Source of the DNA: Paramoeba atlantica
Taxonomy: Eukaryota > Protista > Discosea
NCBI GenBank assembly: GCA_977017575.1
Contig: CDRNVI010000019.1
Coordinates: forward strand, 558,001-622,000
Direction: 5' to 3'
DNA: 64,000 bases
Part shown: piece by piece, positions 30,018-40,798 of the stretch
How the letters are laid out: each line of letters opens with the position of its first letter
Position numbering within the stretch: the first letter of the stretch is position 1
Notes under the pieces: generated by a model
What the model saw: only the letters and a program-made list of their open reading frames with translations
Databases searched by the model: none
What the model was told of the DNA's origin: nothing
Translations under genes and position numbers: made by a program

Positions 30018-30791
30018 GACCTTTACTTTTATTAAGACCTTTACTTTTATTAAGACCTTTACTTTTATTAAGACCTTTACTTTTATTAAGACCTTTACTT
30101 TTATTAAGACCTTTACTTTTATTAAGACCTTTACTTTTATTAAGACCTTTACTTTTATTAAGACCTTTACTTTTATTAAGACCTTTACTTTTATTAAGAC
30201 CTTTACTTTTATTAAGACCTTTACTTTTATTAAGACCTCTACTTTTATTAAGACCTTTACTTTTATTAAGACCTTTACTTTTATTAAGACCTTTACTTTT
30301 ATTAAGACCTTTACTTTTATTAAGACCTTTACTTTTATTAAGACCTTTACTTTTATTAAGACCTTTACTTTTATTAAGACCTTTACTTTTATTAAGACCT
30401 TTACTTTTATTAAGACCTTTACTTTTATTAAGACCTTTACTTTTATTAAGACCTTTACTTTTATTAAGACCTTTACTTTTATTAAGACCTTTACTTTTAT
30501 TAAGACCTTTACTTTTATTAAGACCTTTACTTTTATTAAGACCTTTACTTTTATTAAGACCTTTACTTTTATTAAGACCTTTACTTTTATTAAGACCTTT
30601 ACTTTTATTAAGACCTTTACTTTTATTAAGACCTTTACTTTTATTAAGACCTTTACTTTTATTAAGACCTTTACTTTTATTAAGACCTTTACTTTTATTA
30701 AGACCTTTACTTTTATTAAGACCTTTACTTTTATTAAGACCTTTACTTTTATTAAGACCTTTACTTTTATTAAGACCTTTACTTTTATTAA
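30018..30791. repeat. Tandem array, 43 x 18 bp (gacctttacttttattaa)
   Basis: 774 bp, with one variant unit (T>C at 30239). Confidence 0.97.
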
Positions 30792-30807
30792 AGCATCGTA
30801 CGTCGCC

Positions 30808-33705
30808 ATGTCTGACACATTCAACTCGTGCGATGCCTTAAAAGTAGCGGAGGCCTCCGGTTCGGTGAGCTTTGATGCAGTAGTAGAGGAGCTCAGCTGC
30901 GCCAGGTTGGGTCGGAGCAACCTGTTCTTGCCTTCGAAAGGCGGTAAGAATCGGGTTGTACCAAAGCTTCGCCCGAGGGCATTTAACCAGATGTCACTTT
31001 CTATTACACCGCAAGCGAAGATAGCTGTTGTCTGGACTATGACATTCCGCAACATCCTACATCTTTGGGAAGGAACAGCGATAAAGAAAAGGAAGAACGG
31101 GGGATGGTGGGTACAGTACGAGCGAGTTCCGGACAAGTTATTCCCATTTCCTCCAATAGATGATAGAGTTGTTGTTTGTGCAGGCCGCGTCAAGACACCG
31201 CGATCGGAAACCCGTAGGAGAAAGCGAAGGAGGTACTATCCTCGGAATGTGACTGGGCGTGGCGCCCCCAGTTATGAGAAACCCTGTTTGAGCAAAGCCA
31301 GGAACAAGGGTTTGGCTATTATGACATTAAATGTAACGACATTGGGGCTGGACGGGCCTGATAGAATTTCATTGCGGAGATGTGCCAGGTTGCGTCTAGT
31401 TCTTCGGCTGCTCGTTTTACGTGACATACAGATCTGCTGCCTACAGGAAACTCGCTTTACATGCGCGGAGTCACTGTTTCGAACAATTCGAATTGGGACT
31501 ACTAAATTCTTCTTATACTTCTTGTCTGCCAAAAATGGGTACGGCGGACTGATGTTCATCAGTCGGTTTGCGATAGATCGTATCGTCAGCGTTTCAGAGA
31601 GAATAGCATATGCTCAAATTGACATGAAGCCTTTCCAAGCCGCGATATACAACGTGTACGCTCCAACGGCAACTGTTTCGGAAGAAGAACGCAAGGAGTT
31701 CTTGTTGCGCCTTAGTGATTCCTTCACGCGAAGCAAATATCCATTGAAAGCTGTTATGGGTGATTTCAACGCACCCTTAACACAAGATTTGAAGGGAAAA
31801 GAATCCTCGCCTGCGTACTGTGGACTGCGAACGTTCTTGGATAACATAGATGCTGTCTCTGGATTCGAAGTTTGTCCTGCTTCGAGAGACTGGACCTTCA
31901 TATTTCCGAATGGCTACAAGAAACAGCTCGATCACATTATTCTGAACCGACGATTTGCGTCTGCAATTTCACGGCACCGAGTTATCTACCCTCCCATTTG
32001 CACAGGACATTATGCCGTGGAAGCGCACATTAACATCAAATGGAAAGTGCATAAAAAGAATCCACACATGCATCCTCCATGGTATCTATTGCGTGATCCT
32101 GGAATTCGACAACTGTTTTCCGCCAGCGTTGCAGCTCACTTTGACCCACAACCTGATCATTCTCAAAGTGAGTTAGAAGGCAGGGATGTCGAGCAATTAT
32201 GGTTGTCAGTAAAAACAAGTATCCAGGAGGCGCAAATGTGTCTCAAGTCTCAGCCGAAAACAGATGTTCCTCTCAGTTTTGCCACTCCAGTATGTAATGA
32301 CGCACCGGTAAATCTGCAAGCTTTATACAAAATATCAAGTAATAGGAAACGTTTCGATAAGTTTGTGCGAGAACATGAAAAGCAAATTACTGACCTCGTT
32401 CAGTTGGAGTGCCAAAATTTAGAGAAGAACTTTAAGAAGCGACCGCGAGGATCCTGGAGGATGGTTAAGGAGGTTATAGGCGATGAAAGGACAGCTATTC
32501 ATGTACAAGGAAAGTCTGTCAAAGATAAGCTTGAAACGCTGAAAACGCACTTTGCAGCAAACTATTGCCCAGTGAAAGAAAACTCGTCCACAGACTTTGA
32601 GCAAGTTAAGGGTATTAAAATATGTGATGACCTTTTTTTGTTCGAGGAGCTGTTGGCAGCGCAGAAGCAAATCGCTCGAAGGAAAGCCACTGGTTCTGAC
32701 GATATCCCGATAGAAGCATACTGCGCGCTAACCGAGCACGACGAGTTATCCAGGACATTATTACGTTTGATCAACTCGGTGTACTTAAAGGGATATACGC
32801 CGGACTCGTGGCGCGAAATACTTCATGTGCCAATTCCGAAAAAAGGTGATCTCTCTCAGCTGAAAAACTGGCGTGCTATCTGTTTGACGAATCACATAGC
32901 CAAATTGGTGAACTACATGATTTTGAATAGATTACAACCAGAAATCGAACCAAGACTGCGTAATGCACAGTTTGGCTTCCGACCCTTTCGATCGACAGTT
33001 GGTGCACAAGCGATTCTAACAGAAGTATTCGGAAAGGCATCTCGGCATGCACATGATCTTTTCTTGGGATTCATCGATTTTCAGAGCGCGTTTCCCTCGA
33101 TATCACATGACGCCATCAAAAAAGCACTGGATGCTTTTGCAGTGCCGCCAATGCTGAGGCAGATGATTCTTGCGTCGTACAATGCGCCCTCTGGATACGT
33201 CCGTGTCGATTTCGGGGAAACAGATCATTTTGACATCTCCTCTGGAGTGCTTCAAGGTGATGTCCTTGCCCCGTTTCTTTTTATAATGTGTCTGGACAGA
33301 ATACTCGAGCGAGCAATGCAGAATTCGGAATTCGGGATCACACTTCGACGTATTGGAACTAAAAGCCGAGGTATGCAGGAAATCAAATTGACAGACATTG
33401 ACTACGCCGACGACATCGTGTTCTTTTCCAATACTAAGGAAACTCTCGAGGCTATGATTCTAGCATTGATCAAAGAAGCAGGGAAAGCGGGGATGAAATT
33501 AAATGTAGGTCCAATGAAAACAGCGTGGATGGTTGTTGGGCGAACAGCTAGGAAGCAAGAAGGACGTATTATCCTACCAGAGTTGGGTCTTGTACCGCGA
33601 GTCGAATCCTACCGCTACCTAGGGCACATGATGAGCGCCTACGCGACATCGGCAACGCTGAAAAACCGAATAAAGCTAGCATGGATGGCGTTTCACCGAT
33701 TGAAA
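30808..33705 (+). pseudogene. LINE with AP endonuclease and RT; 5' part, interrupted by E4
   Basis: CLQET, VYAPT, MGDFNA, LDHII; GVLQGDVLAPFLF, YADD. Ends AWMAFHRLK at the E4 junction. Confidence 0.92.
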
Positions 33706-34168
33706 TCAACGACGAGAGTCTTCCACATACATTAAAAACAACTTGTAAGAAAACATTGTTGTAAGAGCTAAAGAAATATATCGCTGATATCCTGAATCTC
33801 ATCCACTGCCTATATTTACTAGCTAAAGAATATTCGTATTATTGATGCAACTATCCGGATGTATATAGCGCGCAAACTATTTCAAAAGCATAATATAAAA
33901 ATATAATACGTAGTGAAGGGGCTTTGCCCCCTGGCACGCAGCCACCACCCCGATCGCTCGTCTCCTCACAACATCCTGTCTCTCGTATATTAAATCGCTG
34001 CACGTTCCACATACAAAATTCCATTGCGAAGCTGGCCAAGCTGCGAACGGAAGCTTGATAAACCTACATTTGATCATTCACTAAATACATATTTTTTTTT
34101 TTTTTTTTTTTTTTGAAAGAAGAAGCAATCTTTTTTTTTTTTTTTGTGTGTGTGTGTGTGTTTAATCT

Positions 34169-37015
34169 CTAAAAAATTCTGCTTATTGGGTCCGCTGGAT
34201 TTAGTTTCGTAGAAATATAATGAGCTTGAATACATATTCCTTTATTCTTTAAACTCTGTAAAATGCTTTTCAATTCTTTCGCTATGCCATCAGACTTGCA
34301 TATTTTCCGATTCAACGCTGCTCGACAAGACGTATTATCAATCCAAAGCTGAACGCAAGTCCCTTGCTCGAAATATTTTTGGAATTCTTCGAGGGCGAAT
34401 CGCACCGCCGCCGCTTCTGATTTGTTAACTTCGTAGGTCCATTCTGCTGGCCAAGGTGCGCCCAAAATCTTAACCTCTCCGCTATCCATGTACAGAATTG
34501 CTCCCCATCCTTTTGAGGAGGCGTCTGTAAAGAGTTTATGACGCGGAGGTGCAGTGGCGGGGTGAGGGGGTGCTCTTATCGGCACGTTTTTAATCAAGTC
34601 GTCACGCCATTGAGCTAAGATCACACGAGTTTTCATGGGAAGATCCACGATTTTGTCCTTTGCAAAAGGATGTCGGTTCAAGTAATTAATACGTCGTTGT
34701 ACTATTTTTATCGCAAAGTGATATTGCGGGATTACCACACCAAGTATCGAAGAGCAGTACAGTAGACGCCCCACCGCCGCCTCCAGCTCTAAGAAAGTGA
34801 GTCTCGAAAAAGTATCCCGTTTCAATTTGCTCACAACCTTCGGTCCCAAGCAGACCCGGCTTGATGCGTGATCAAATTTCACTCCGTTGAACACGTATTG
34901 TTTCGTCGGAGGAACGTCCTGATCTTTAAATCGAGCTCCTGCCACTCGCGCACGCGAGTCAATAAAATAAACATACTCGTCTGCATGTTTTCTAGATCCG
35001 GAAAAACGAACTCCATCTATATAGATATCAGTAGAACCGTGTTGATACGAGTGGGATTTTGAGCAATAATCTTTATTTCCTGCCAACGATGCTGTCATGC
35101 AATGCATAATTTCAGGCGCACATCTGTGGCCCATGGGTAAAACATTCATTTCGTATAATTGCCCATCTTCTGCACGAAACCGAAACTTTGCTCGGGATCG
35201 TAAGGGTAAGCCAACCTGGTAAAAACCACACATTAGATCACGTTTTACCCCCACCTCAGCATTTACTGCGTATAAATAACGAGAAGGGTGTAGGAGAGGA
35301 ACAGCTGGTTCGTAGTCCTTTAGGCGTAAATTGTCTGATCGTGTCCATGAAATAAAACGTCTTCTGTCTTTGCCCGCGTCGTCTTTTTCAAGGGCAGTGA
35401 ACGGAACCATATATTGCATGGTCGGGCGTCGTTTGGCTTCTTCGGTAGATACCTTCGATATGACTTTAGACCGAATCAATGCTGGAATGTCTCCTGGAGC
35501 CAATGCCGGTTTAATGCAAGGAGCGGACTCAGCTTTCTCGGGCAACTTGGTGAGTTCATCAAGAACGTACGTTAGCCTATCATTCTGTTGTTCCGTTAGC
35601 CACTTCCGTAATTTTTGAACATTCAACGTCGGAATATTATCCTTTGCATGCAAGGGGATATGGTAGTCGTCGGTTTTAGCTAATTTGGAACTGCGCCTTG
35701 GACATAAAATTGAATACGATTTAAGGAAAGGAACCTGTTCGTAAAACTCCTGAACCATCACATTATCGATGCACCGGGGAGAAGTACTGACACCTTCTGA
35801 GTCCCTAACGCTCTTGCCGTAGTTATTTGGTTGGCGTTGTACCGCAGTAGACTTTCTACGTTCAAGTGCTTTGAGAGATTCATTACTTCCGATAAGTTGA
35901 GGTGGCCTTCTACTATTTCCTGAAATAGAAAGGTGATGGCTCCTCTCTTGATTGAGTGCGTGCCATATCCGTCGCCTAGGACGTCTCGAATATGGAGATC
36001 CATCTCCTGAACTGTCGCGGTGCTCATTCGTTGCCCTGGTCGCAGGCTGCTTACATACTGAGCTATTTGGTTTGTGCCCGGACCCGTGATGATCGCGTAC
36101 ATGTACGGTCGGTACGGATTTAGACGAGTGGTCTTCGTGAAACGTCCCCAGTAGATTATTATTTCGTTCGAATTTACACTCAGAAATTGCTCCCTTCTTA
36201 GCTCGGCCGTTTCGGTCCAGCGTGACGCGGCTTTCCAGCATAGCAGGACCGTCATTGCTTGTGTTATCGACAGGCGTGTGCACAATTTTTGCAACATGGG
36301 AGGTGTTATCGGTTGCATTTGACGTTGTGGTTCCGTGCCCCCCTGGGCCTGAATCGCTTTTGTGAACAACTTCAACGGATTGCATTCCATCCCCATCAAC
36401 GTGAAAACCGTGTGAAGAGCGCGAGCATAATTGAGGCGAGTTGACGGCGCGACGCGTAGAGTCTGGAGATACAAAATGGCGGTTGCTGAATTCATCTCTC
36501 GGTGCTTCACGCGACAAAATTCGTTTACGTTTTTCCATAGGCGTGTTCTGTTGTTCCAAGTCGACTTTGCCCACATCGGCTGAATCGCTTCGGTCAGCTG
36601 GACGGAGTCCGGATCGTCCGGATTTATCCTCAGAATTGCCTGAGTAATGTTTTGAACTTGGTCGTGGGATACATCGCGACTGTGTTCTCGTTTTAGTCCT
36701 CTGACTGTTTGCGAATCTGTGCGGTGCGCGACACGTGTTTGAGGTAAGACCCTTAGTGGAATCAGTCGTGTGCAAGGATGCATTTTGGTCTGTATTGGGA
36801 TACGAGTAGTTTTGGGCACACTCCGGGCACTGATTTTGGGAAATTTGGGAGAGCACCTCACGAACGAGTTTTGCGAACTTTTCCACGATCTCTTCAATCC
36901 AATGACACGAGTAGTTTTTGGGGTGGGGAACAATCCCTAGTGGATTGTCCGTCTTTCGCTGCGCACCATTTGGTGGGAACGCGCAGCGCCACTCGCCACC
37001 CCCCTCTGAAAAATC
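34169..37015 (-). CDS. E4 RT-RNase H (-1 frame, open from the heptamer at 37009-37015)
   Basis: KRDLMCGFYQ, YIDG, LFTDASSKGWG, WIDN, NPADPISR. Confidence 0.9.
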   Translation of the reverse strand, partial: DFSEGGGEWRCAFPPNGAQRKTDNPLGIVPHPKNYSCHWIEEIVEKFAKLVREVLSQISQNQCPECAQNYSYPNTDQNASLHTTDSTKGLTSNTCRAPHRFANSQRTKTRTQSRCIPRPSSKHYSGNSEDKSGRSGLRPADRSDSADVGKVDLEQQNTPMEKRKRILSREAPRDEFSNRHFVSPDSTRRAVNSPQLCSRSSHGFHVDGDGMQSVEVVHKSDSGPGGHGTTTSNATDNTSHVAKIVHTPVDNTSNDGPAMLESRVTLDRNGRAKKGAISECKFERNNNLLGTFHEDHSSKSVPTVHVRDHHGSGHKPNSSVCKQPATRATNEHRDSSGDGSPYSRRPRRRIWHALNQERSHHLSISGNSRRPPQLIGSNESLKALERRKSTAVQRQPNNYGKSVRDSEGVSTSPRCIDNVMVQEFYEQVPFLKSYSILCPRRSSKLAKTDDYHIPLHAKDNIPTLNVQKLRKWLTEQQNDRLTYVLDELTKLPEKAESAPCIKPALAPGDIPALIRSKVISKVSTEEAKRRPTMQYMVPFTALEKDDAGKDRRRFISWTRSDNLRLKDYEPAVPLLHPSRYLYAVNAEVGVKRDLMCGFYQVGLPLRSRAKFRFRAEDGQLYEMNVLPMGHRCAPEIMHCMTASLAGNKDYCSKSHSYQHGSTDIYIDGVRFSGSRKHADEYVYFIDSRARVAGARFKDQDVPPTKQYVFNGVKFDHASSRVCLGPKVVSKLKRDTFSRLTFLELEAAVGRLLYCSSILGVVIPQYHFAIKIVQRRINYLNRHPFAKDKIVDLPMKTRVILAQWRDDLIKNVPIRAPPHPATAPPRHKLFTDASSKGWGAILYMDSGEVKILGAPWPAEWTYEVNKSEAAAVRFALEEFQKYFEQGTCVQLWIDNTSCRAALNRKICKSDGIAKELKSILQSLKNKGICIQAHYISTKLNPADPISRIF
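35758..36936 (-). CDS. E4 tyrosine recombinase, in frame behind the gag TAG
   Basis: TAG GGA TTG TTC...; AASRWTE, HSIKRG, KHL, LLRY. Confidence 0.92.
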   Translation of the reverse strand, partial: GLFPTPKTTRVIGLKRSWKSSQNSFVRCSPKFPKISARSVPKTTRIPIQTKMHPCTRLIPLRVLPQTRVAHRTDSQTVRGLKREHSRDVSHDQVQNITQAILRINPDDPDSVQLTEAIQPMWAKSTWNNRTRLWKNVNEFCRVKHREMNSATAILYLQTLRVAPSTRLNYARALHTVFTLMGMECNPLKLFTKAIQAQGGTEPQRQMQPITPPMLQKLCTRLSITQAMTVLLCWKAASRWTETAELRREQFLSVNSNEIIIYWGRFTKTTRLNPYRPYMYAIITGPGTNQIAQYVSSLRPGQRMSTATVQEMDLHIRDVLGDGYGTHSIKRGAITFLFQEIVEGHLNLSEVMNLSKHLNVESLLRYNANQITTARALGTQKVSVLLPGASIM

Positions 37016-37899
37016 TGAGTCAAAAGAGGACAGTTAGCACGTATATGACCTGGTTTACGACAATTATAGCAAACAGGGTTGGCACGGCGAGAAATACGAG
37101 TTTGCTTGAGCTGTTCCTCAAGCATCATTTTCCCAAATACGTCATTGGGGTCTTCCACTTGATGGAGGCGTTGTTGAACACGATCGACTGGCGCTCCAGC
37201 AGCTGCCCAATAGTGCGTGCGTAACTCCTCGATCAGCATGGTAGCGATAGCAACGAAATCTTCTGTCCAGGTGCCTAGCTCGCGCGCCGCATAAATCCAT
37301 TTGGTGAGGATAGTAAACAAGCGCTCTCGGATTGGGGGAGGGTTGAAGCGAACACCTAATTGAGGAGCATCGCGCAATTCTCTGATCAATTCACGGGGCT
37401 TGAAGTCATCTTCAGAGTATATATACGATTTCCATGTCAAGGGGAAGATTACTGAAAATGCCTTGGGGTTTTCTACGCCCACTTCAGATTGGATAGGATC
37501 ACTCACCCGTTGTCCACCCGGCATACGTGCTTGAACCTTGACGAAACTGAGATCGTAATAGCTTATATCCGGGAAAGGAAACGAATATTCAATGTCAGGG
37601 TCATCGTCCCATCGCGCTTTAATCTCACTGTTCGGATCTTTTGGATTCTTAAAGTGGACACGACCTGTAACCGTGTATCGATCCTGGTCCCCTCGCTCCG
37701 ACCACACTGCTTGAACGAAGACGCGATAACCTCGTGAGAGTAGTAAATTGGTTTTATCTGCAAATTCTCGCAAAGCTTCTTCGGACAACGGAACGGCATG
37801 GCCACCGCCTTGCAGAATCGCCTCAACCTGGCCAGGGTTGAGTGTCTGCTGGTGATCACTCGGCGCGGCCGGATCAGGACTGATCGCTCTGGCCGTCAT
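36937..37899 (-). CDS. E4 Gag-like protein (CCHC)
   Basis: 320 aa, knuckle CYNCRKPGHIRANC. Confidence 0.9.
   Translation of the reverse strand: MTARAISPDPAAPSDHQQTLNPGQVEAILQGGGHAVPLSEEALREFADKTNLLLSRGYRVFVQAVWSERGDQDRYTVTGRVHFKNPKDPNSEIKARWDDDPDIEYSFPFPDISYYDLSFVKVQARMPGGQRVSDPIQSEVGVENPKAFSVIFPLTWKSYIYSEDDFKPRELIRELRDAPQLGVRFNPPPIRERLFTILTKWIYAARELGTWTEDFVAIATMLIEELRTHYWAAAGAPVDRVQQRLHQVEDPNDVFGKMMLEEQLKQTRISRRANPVCYNCRKPGHIRANCPLLTQIFQRGVASGAARSHQMVRSERRTIH
37009..37015 (-). promoter_or_regulatory. Candidate -1 frameshift heptamer G_AUU_UUU (E4, non-canonical)
   Basis: Homologous position to E1-E3. The -1 frame opens only ~7 codons upstream, after a TAA. Confidence 0.55.
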
Positions 37900-38105
37900 C
37901 GCACACTAATAAAAATAACTTGTAAGAGAATGTAAGCTATAAAACTATACACAATCTACATAAAGTTATAATTTAAATCATATTAAAAGATATAATAGAA
38001 TTCATAATCAGAGATTATGTGCCTCGTAGGGCCATTCGAGAAAAAGGAGTCTTTTCAAATTCGTATTTGTTCTCGTCTAAATTTCCTCTCGTAAACTATC
38101 AGAAA

Positions 38106-39035
38106 CCACTATGGAACAATGGTCTAAACGTTATCCTTCGTCTTCGTATTTTCAATGCGATGGTGAGCTCCGTCCTTTCATATGGGTGCGCAACTCTCAC
38201 GCCGAGTAAAACAGAGCTTAAATCAGCAGATATAGAAGTCAACAAAATGAGGAGGCTGGCTACAGGAACTCCTTTGTGGGATGGACACAAATCAATCCCA
38301 ACGAAGGCTCTCTATCGAGGAGGCTTGATGTTTTCGACTGTAGTGAAAGTAAGCAGAGTCAAACTTGTAGGACACCTTCTAAGACATGACACTCCGTTTT
38401 ATGACGTTATGATGTGGAACAAGGACCCCAATTCACGCGTAAAATCACTATCTGAAGCGTGCGCGGAGGACCTGGGCATTGAAATCGAACACTTATGGGA
38501 ACAGGCCCAAGATCGTACAGCATGGCGTATGCTAGTTGAAGGCTTAAGGGAGAACCTTGAACCTACCGCACGTTACGTACCTGTGTCAATAAAAAAGCGA
38601 GAAATAGAACAAATCTTACTCTCAAACGCGAGCGCGATGGAAAAGTGGGAATCTTTGCAGTTTTTCGAAGAGGGATCGACGTTATGGCCCGATTATGGAC
38701 TCTTGCACATGTATTGTGATGGGTCATCACAACGTAAATTCAACCAAATAGTCGCGGGAGCTGCGGTAGCTGTGGCACAGAACGGGTATGTTGCCTTTTC
38801 GAAGAAACAATCATTGCAAAAGGCGGACGCCGCATCCATCAGATCAGAGCTTCACGCATTTTTTCTTGCACTGCAAATCGGGGAGGGTAAGCAAGAATCC
38901 TTCGTTGTGCATGTCGATTCGGAGTACGTCTGGAACTTTTGGCACAAAGTACGTGTACCGTATCAGTTGGGTAAATACGCAGACTGGGAAAATGCAGATT
39001 TGCTTGAACGTATTTCCAGCTTGGCCCGTTCGATT
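38106..39035 (+). pseudogene. 3' part of the LINE: RT C-terminus and RNase H, truncated by an opposed CRE fragment
   Basis: LRLRIFNAMVSSVLSYGC; MYCDGS...RSELHA...HVDSEYV (RNase H D-E-D). Confidence 0.88.
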
Positions 39036-39405
39036 TTGGCAACCAGGGCATTGTAAATTTTCTGGAAGACCCTTATGTGCGACCCCCAAGCGTGGTAGCA
39101 GTGCTAATGTGAATAGTTTTGACGGGACCAATTTGACGGTCGAGTGTAGCCATCTCGAGTTCCCTTTTTCGCTTGTTGCACGAATGGTTGGAGCAATCCT
39201 GTTATTTTTTAGGAGTTCGTCGCGGATTCCTTTGCTCAACATAGCCTCTGTTGAAAATTCATCGGTTGGGGGGCGTGACTTTCCTTCCATATCCCCGATC
39301 GGCTGGGGAGGCATGGGGGCTACTGCTCGAACTGAAAATTTGTTTAAACGTTCAAGGGCAGCGTGCTGAGATGCCTCGTAAGCCGATTTGCGGAGGATAA
39401 CAGAG
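39036..39405 (-). pseudogene. CRE lineage B outer copy X, third segment
   Basis: Continues GGLGLTPSVI (40355) as LRKSAYEA across an 11-bp duplication. Confidence 0.8.
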
Positions 39406-40354
39406 TCCAAGCAACGACGCAGCGCTGACCTACCTTGCTTTTTTTTTTTTTGAGTTAGACTGTGCGTATTAGGGTTTTTTTTTTTTTAGGACTCTGTTCC
39501 AGATATCGTTCCTAAGATCATACGAGCTGATTGCGTAGTTTCAACAAAAAGAATTGATCTTATATTAAATCACGTTGATCTTATATTAAATCATTTTGCT
39601 TGAACTTTGTTGGCTGCTAGGGCGCTGCAAAATTCACTTTCTATGCACCATGCCTGGTGCCCCTTCTTTCTGATCAATCTCACCCCGATCAACTTTCAAC
39701 TGCCTTGGCGTTTTAGCGTTTATGAGGCGCGAAACACTTTCCGAATAAATCTCGCAAATCAACTGAGCTGAAATGGGTTTTAGGCGCTCGAAATCAATTT
39801 TTGAGACTTTGAATGGAATGAATTCGCACATCACAAGTTTGCGAAAGATGAAGTTGGCTGGCTCTGTCCCGCCATTCTCAGACTTGCATTCCGATATCAT
39901 TGGACCTGCGAGATGCACGGACCGAGCTGAAAAAGGTTTTAAATGCTCAAGGGCCGAACGACACACAGATCCAATGATAAGAATCGGCTCATCAAACTTC
40001 AAACGGGGAAATATTGACTCACAACATCTCAAACTACCAATACAGGCGACGTCGACCATGGTGGGTATTGTCTTTTTCCGCGACTTTCCTCCTCTCGATA
40101 CCATGGGCTCTCGTGGGAAATTGACCTTCAGCTGCCTTGGCGTTTTAGCGTTTATGAGGCGCGAAACACTTTTCAAATAAATCTCGCAAATCAACTGAGC
40201 TGAAATGGGTTTTAGGCGCTCGAAATCAATTTTTGAGACTTTGATTGGAATGAATTCGCACATCACAAGTTTGCGAAAGATGAAGTTGGCTGGCTCTGTC
40301 TCACCATTCTGAGATTTGCGTTCCGATATCATTTGACCTGCGAGATGCACGGAG
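39406..40354 (-). pseudogene. Poly(A)-tailed retrocopy of an unknown gene with a 432-bp (144-codon) repeat period
   Basis: Flanked by ggataacagag at 39395-39405 and 40355-40365. Open frame to TGA at 39634, then UTR and two A-tracts on the minus strand. Confidence 0.7.
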
Positions 40355-40612
40355 GGATAACAGAGGGAGTCAGACCAAGACCACCTTCCTTCACCGGTAA
40401 CCGAGCCAACGCTTTTTGGTGTATGTCCAGCGGTCCGAACCAAGTATTTAAAACGTCATCTACCTGTTGATCGAACTGCTTAGTAAGTTCAAAACATTCT
40501 TGCGGCCGATGTACCCGGATGTGATATCTATGACGAACATTCACGCATCTCGCAAGCAACAAGAGTGAAATATTATTGGCACCCATTGCTTTGAGACGTC
40601 GAAAGATGGCTT
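40355..40612 (-). pseudogene. CRE copy X, second segment
   Basis: AIFRRLKAMGANN continues LLEKLKKHEA (45808), sharing AAGCC. Confidence 0.75.
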
Positions 40613-40649
40613 AGCTGGGGACATCCATTTCGTACCTGTATACACCTGT

Positions 40650-40674
40650 AAACTGTATCTTTATCGTTAAAGTT
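40650..40674 (-). other. Partial spliced-leader relic
   Basis: AACTTTAACGATAAAGATACAGTTT directly after a poly(A) tract. Confidence 0.7.
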
Positions 40675-40798
40675 TTTTTTTTTTTTATTCTGTTTTCTTC
40701 CGTTTCGTATTGGCGCTACCCCCCTTGTCAGGGGGATAGTAACTAACTAAGCTTACGCGTCTTTGTAAGCTGGCTATTGAATAACTAAATATTAAATT

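Larger units (their letters stand above)
33702..38101 (-). mobile_element. E4: YR retrotransposon related to E1, ORFs open, lacking the B1-A2 duplication
   Basis: Begins gaaatc and ends atttc-ctctcgtaaactatca. Removing it restores the LINE frame RLK-PLW, with 4 bp GAAA shared at the junction. Confidence 0.93.

Noticed and set aside
30018-30791. CRISPR array
   Set aside because: Head-to-tail identical units with no spacers, no cas genes and a eukaryotic context.
29886-31193. 435-aa ORF of (IKVKVL)n
   Set aside because: It is a by-product of an 18-bp unit with no stop in one frame, and it runs antisense into the LINE. There is no evidence of a protein.
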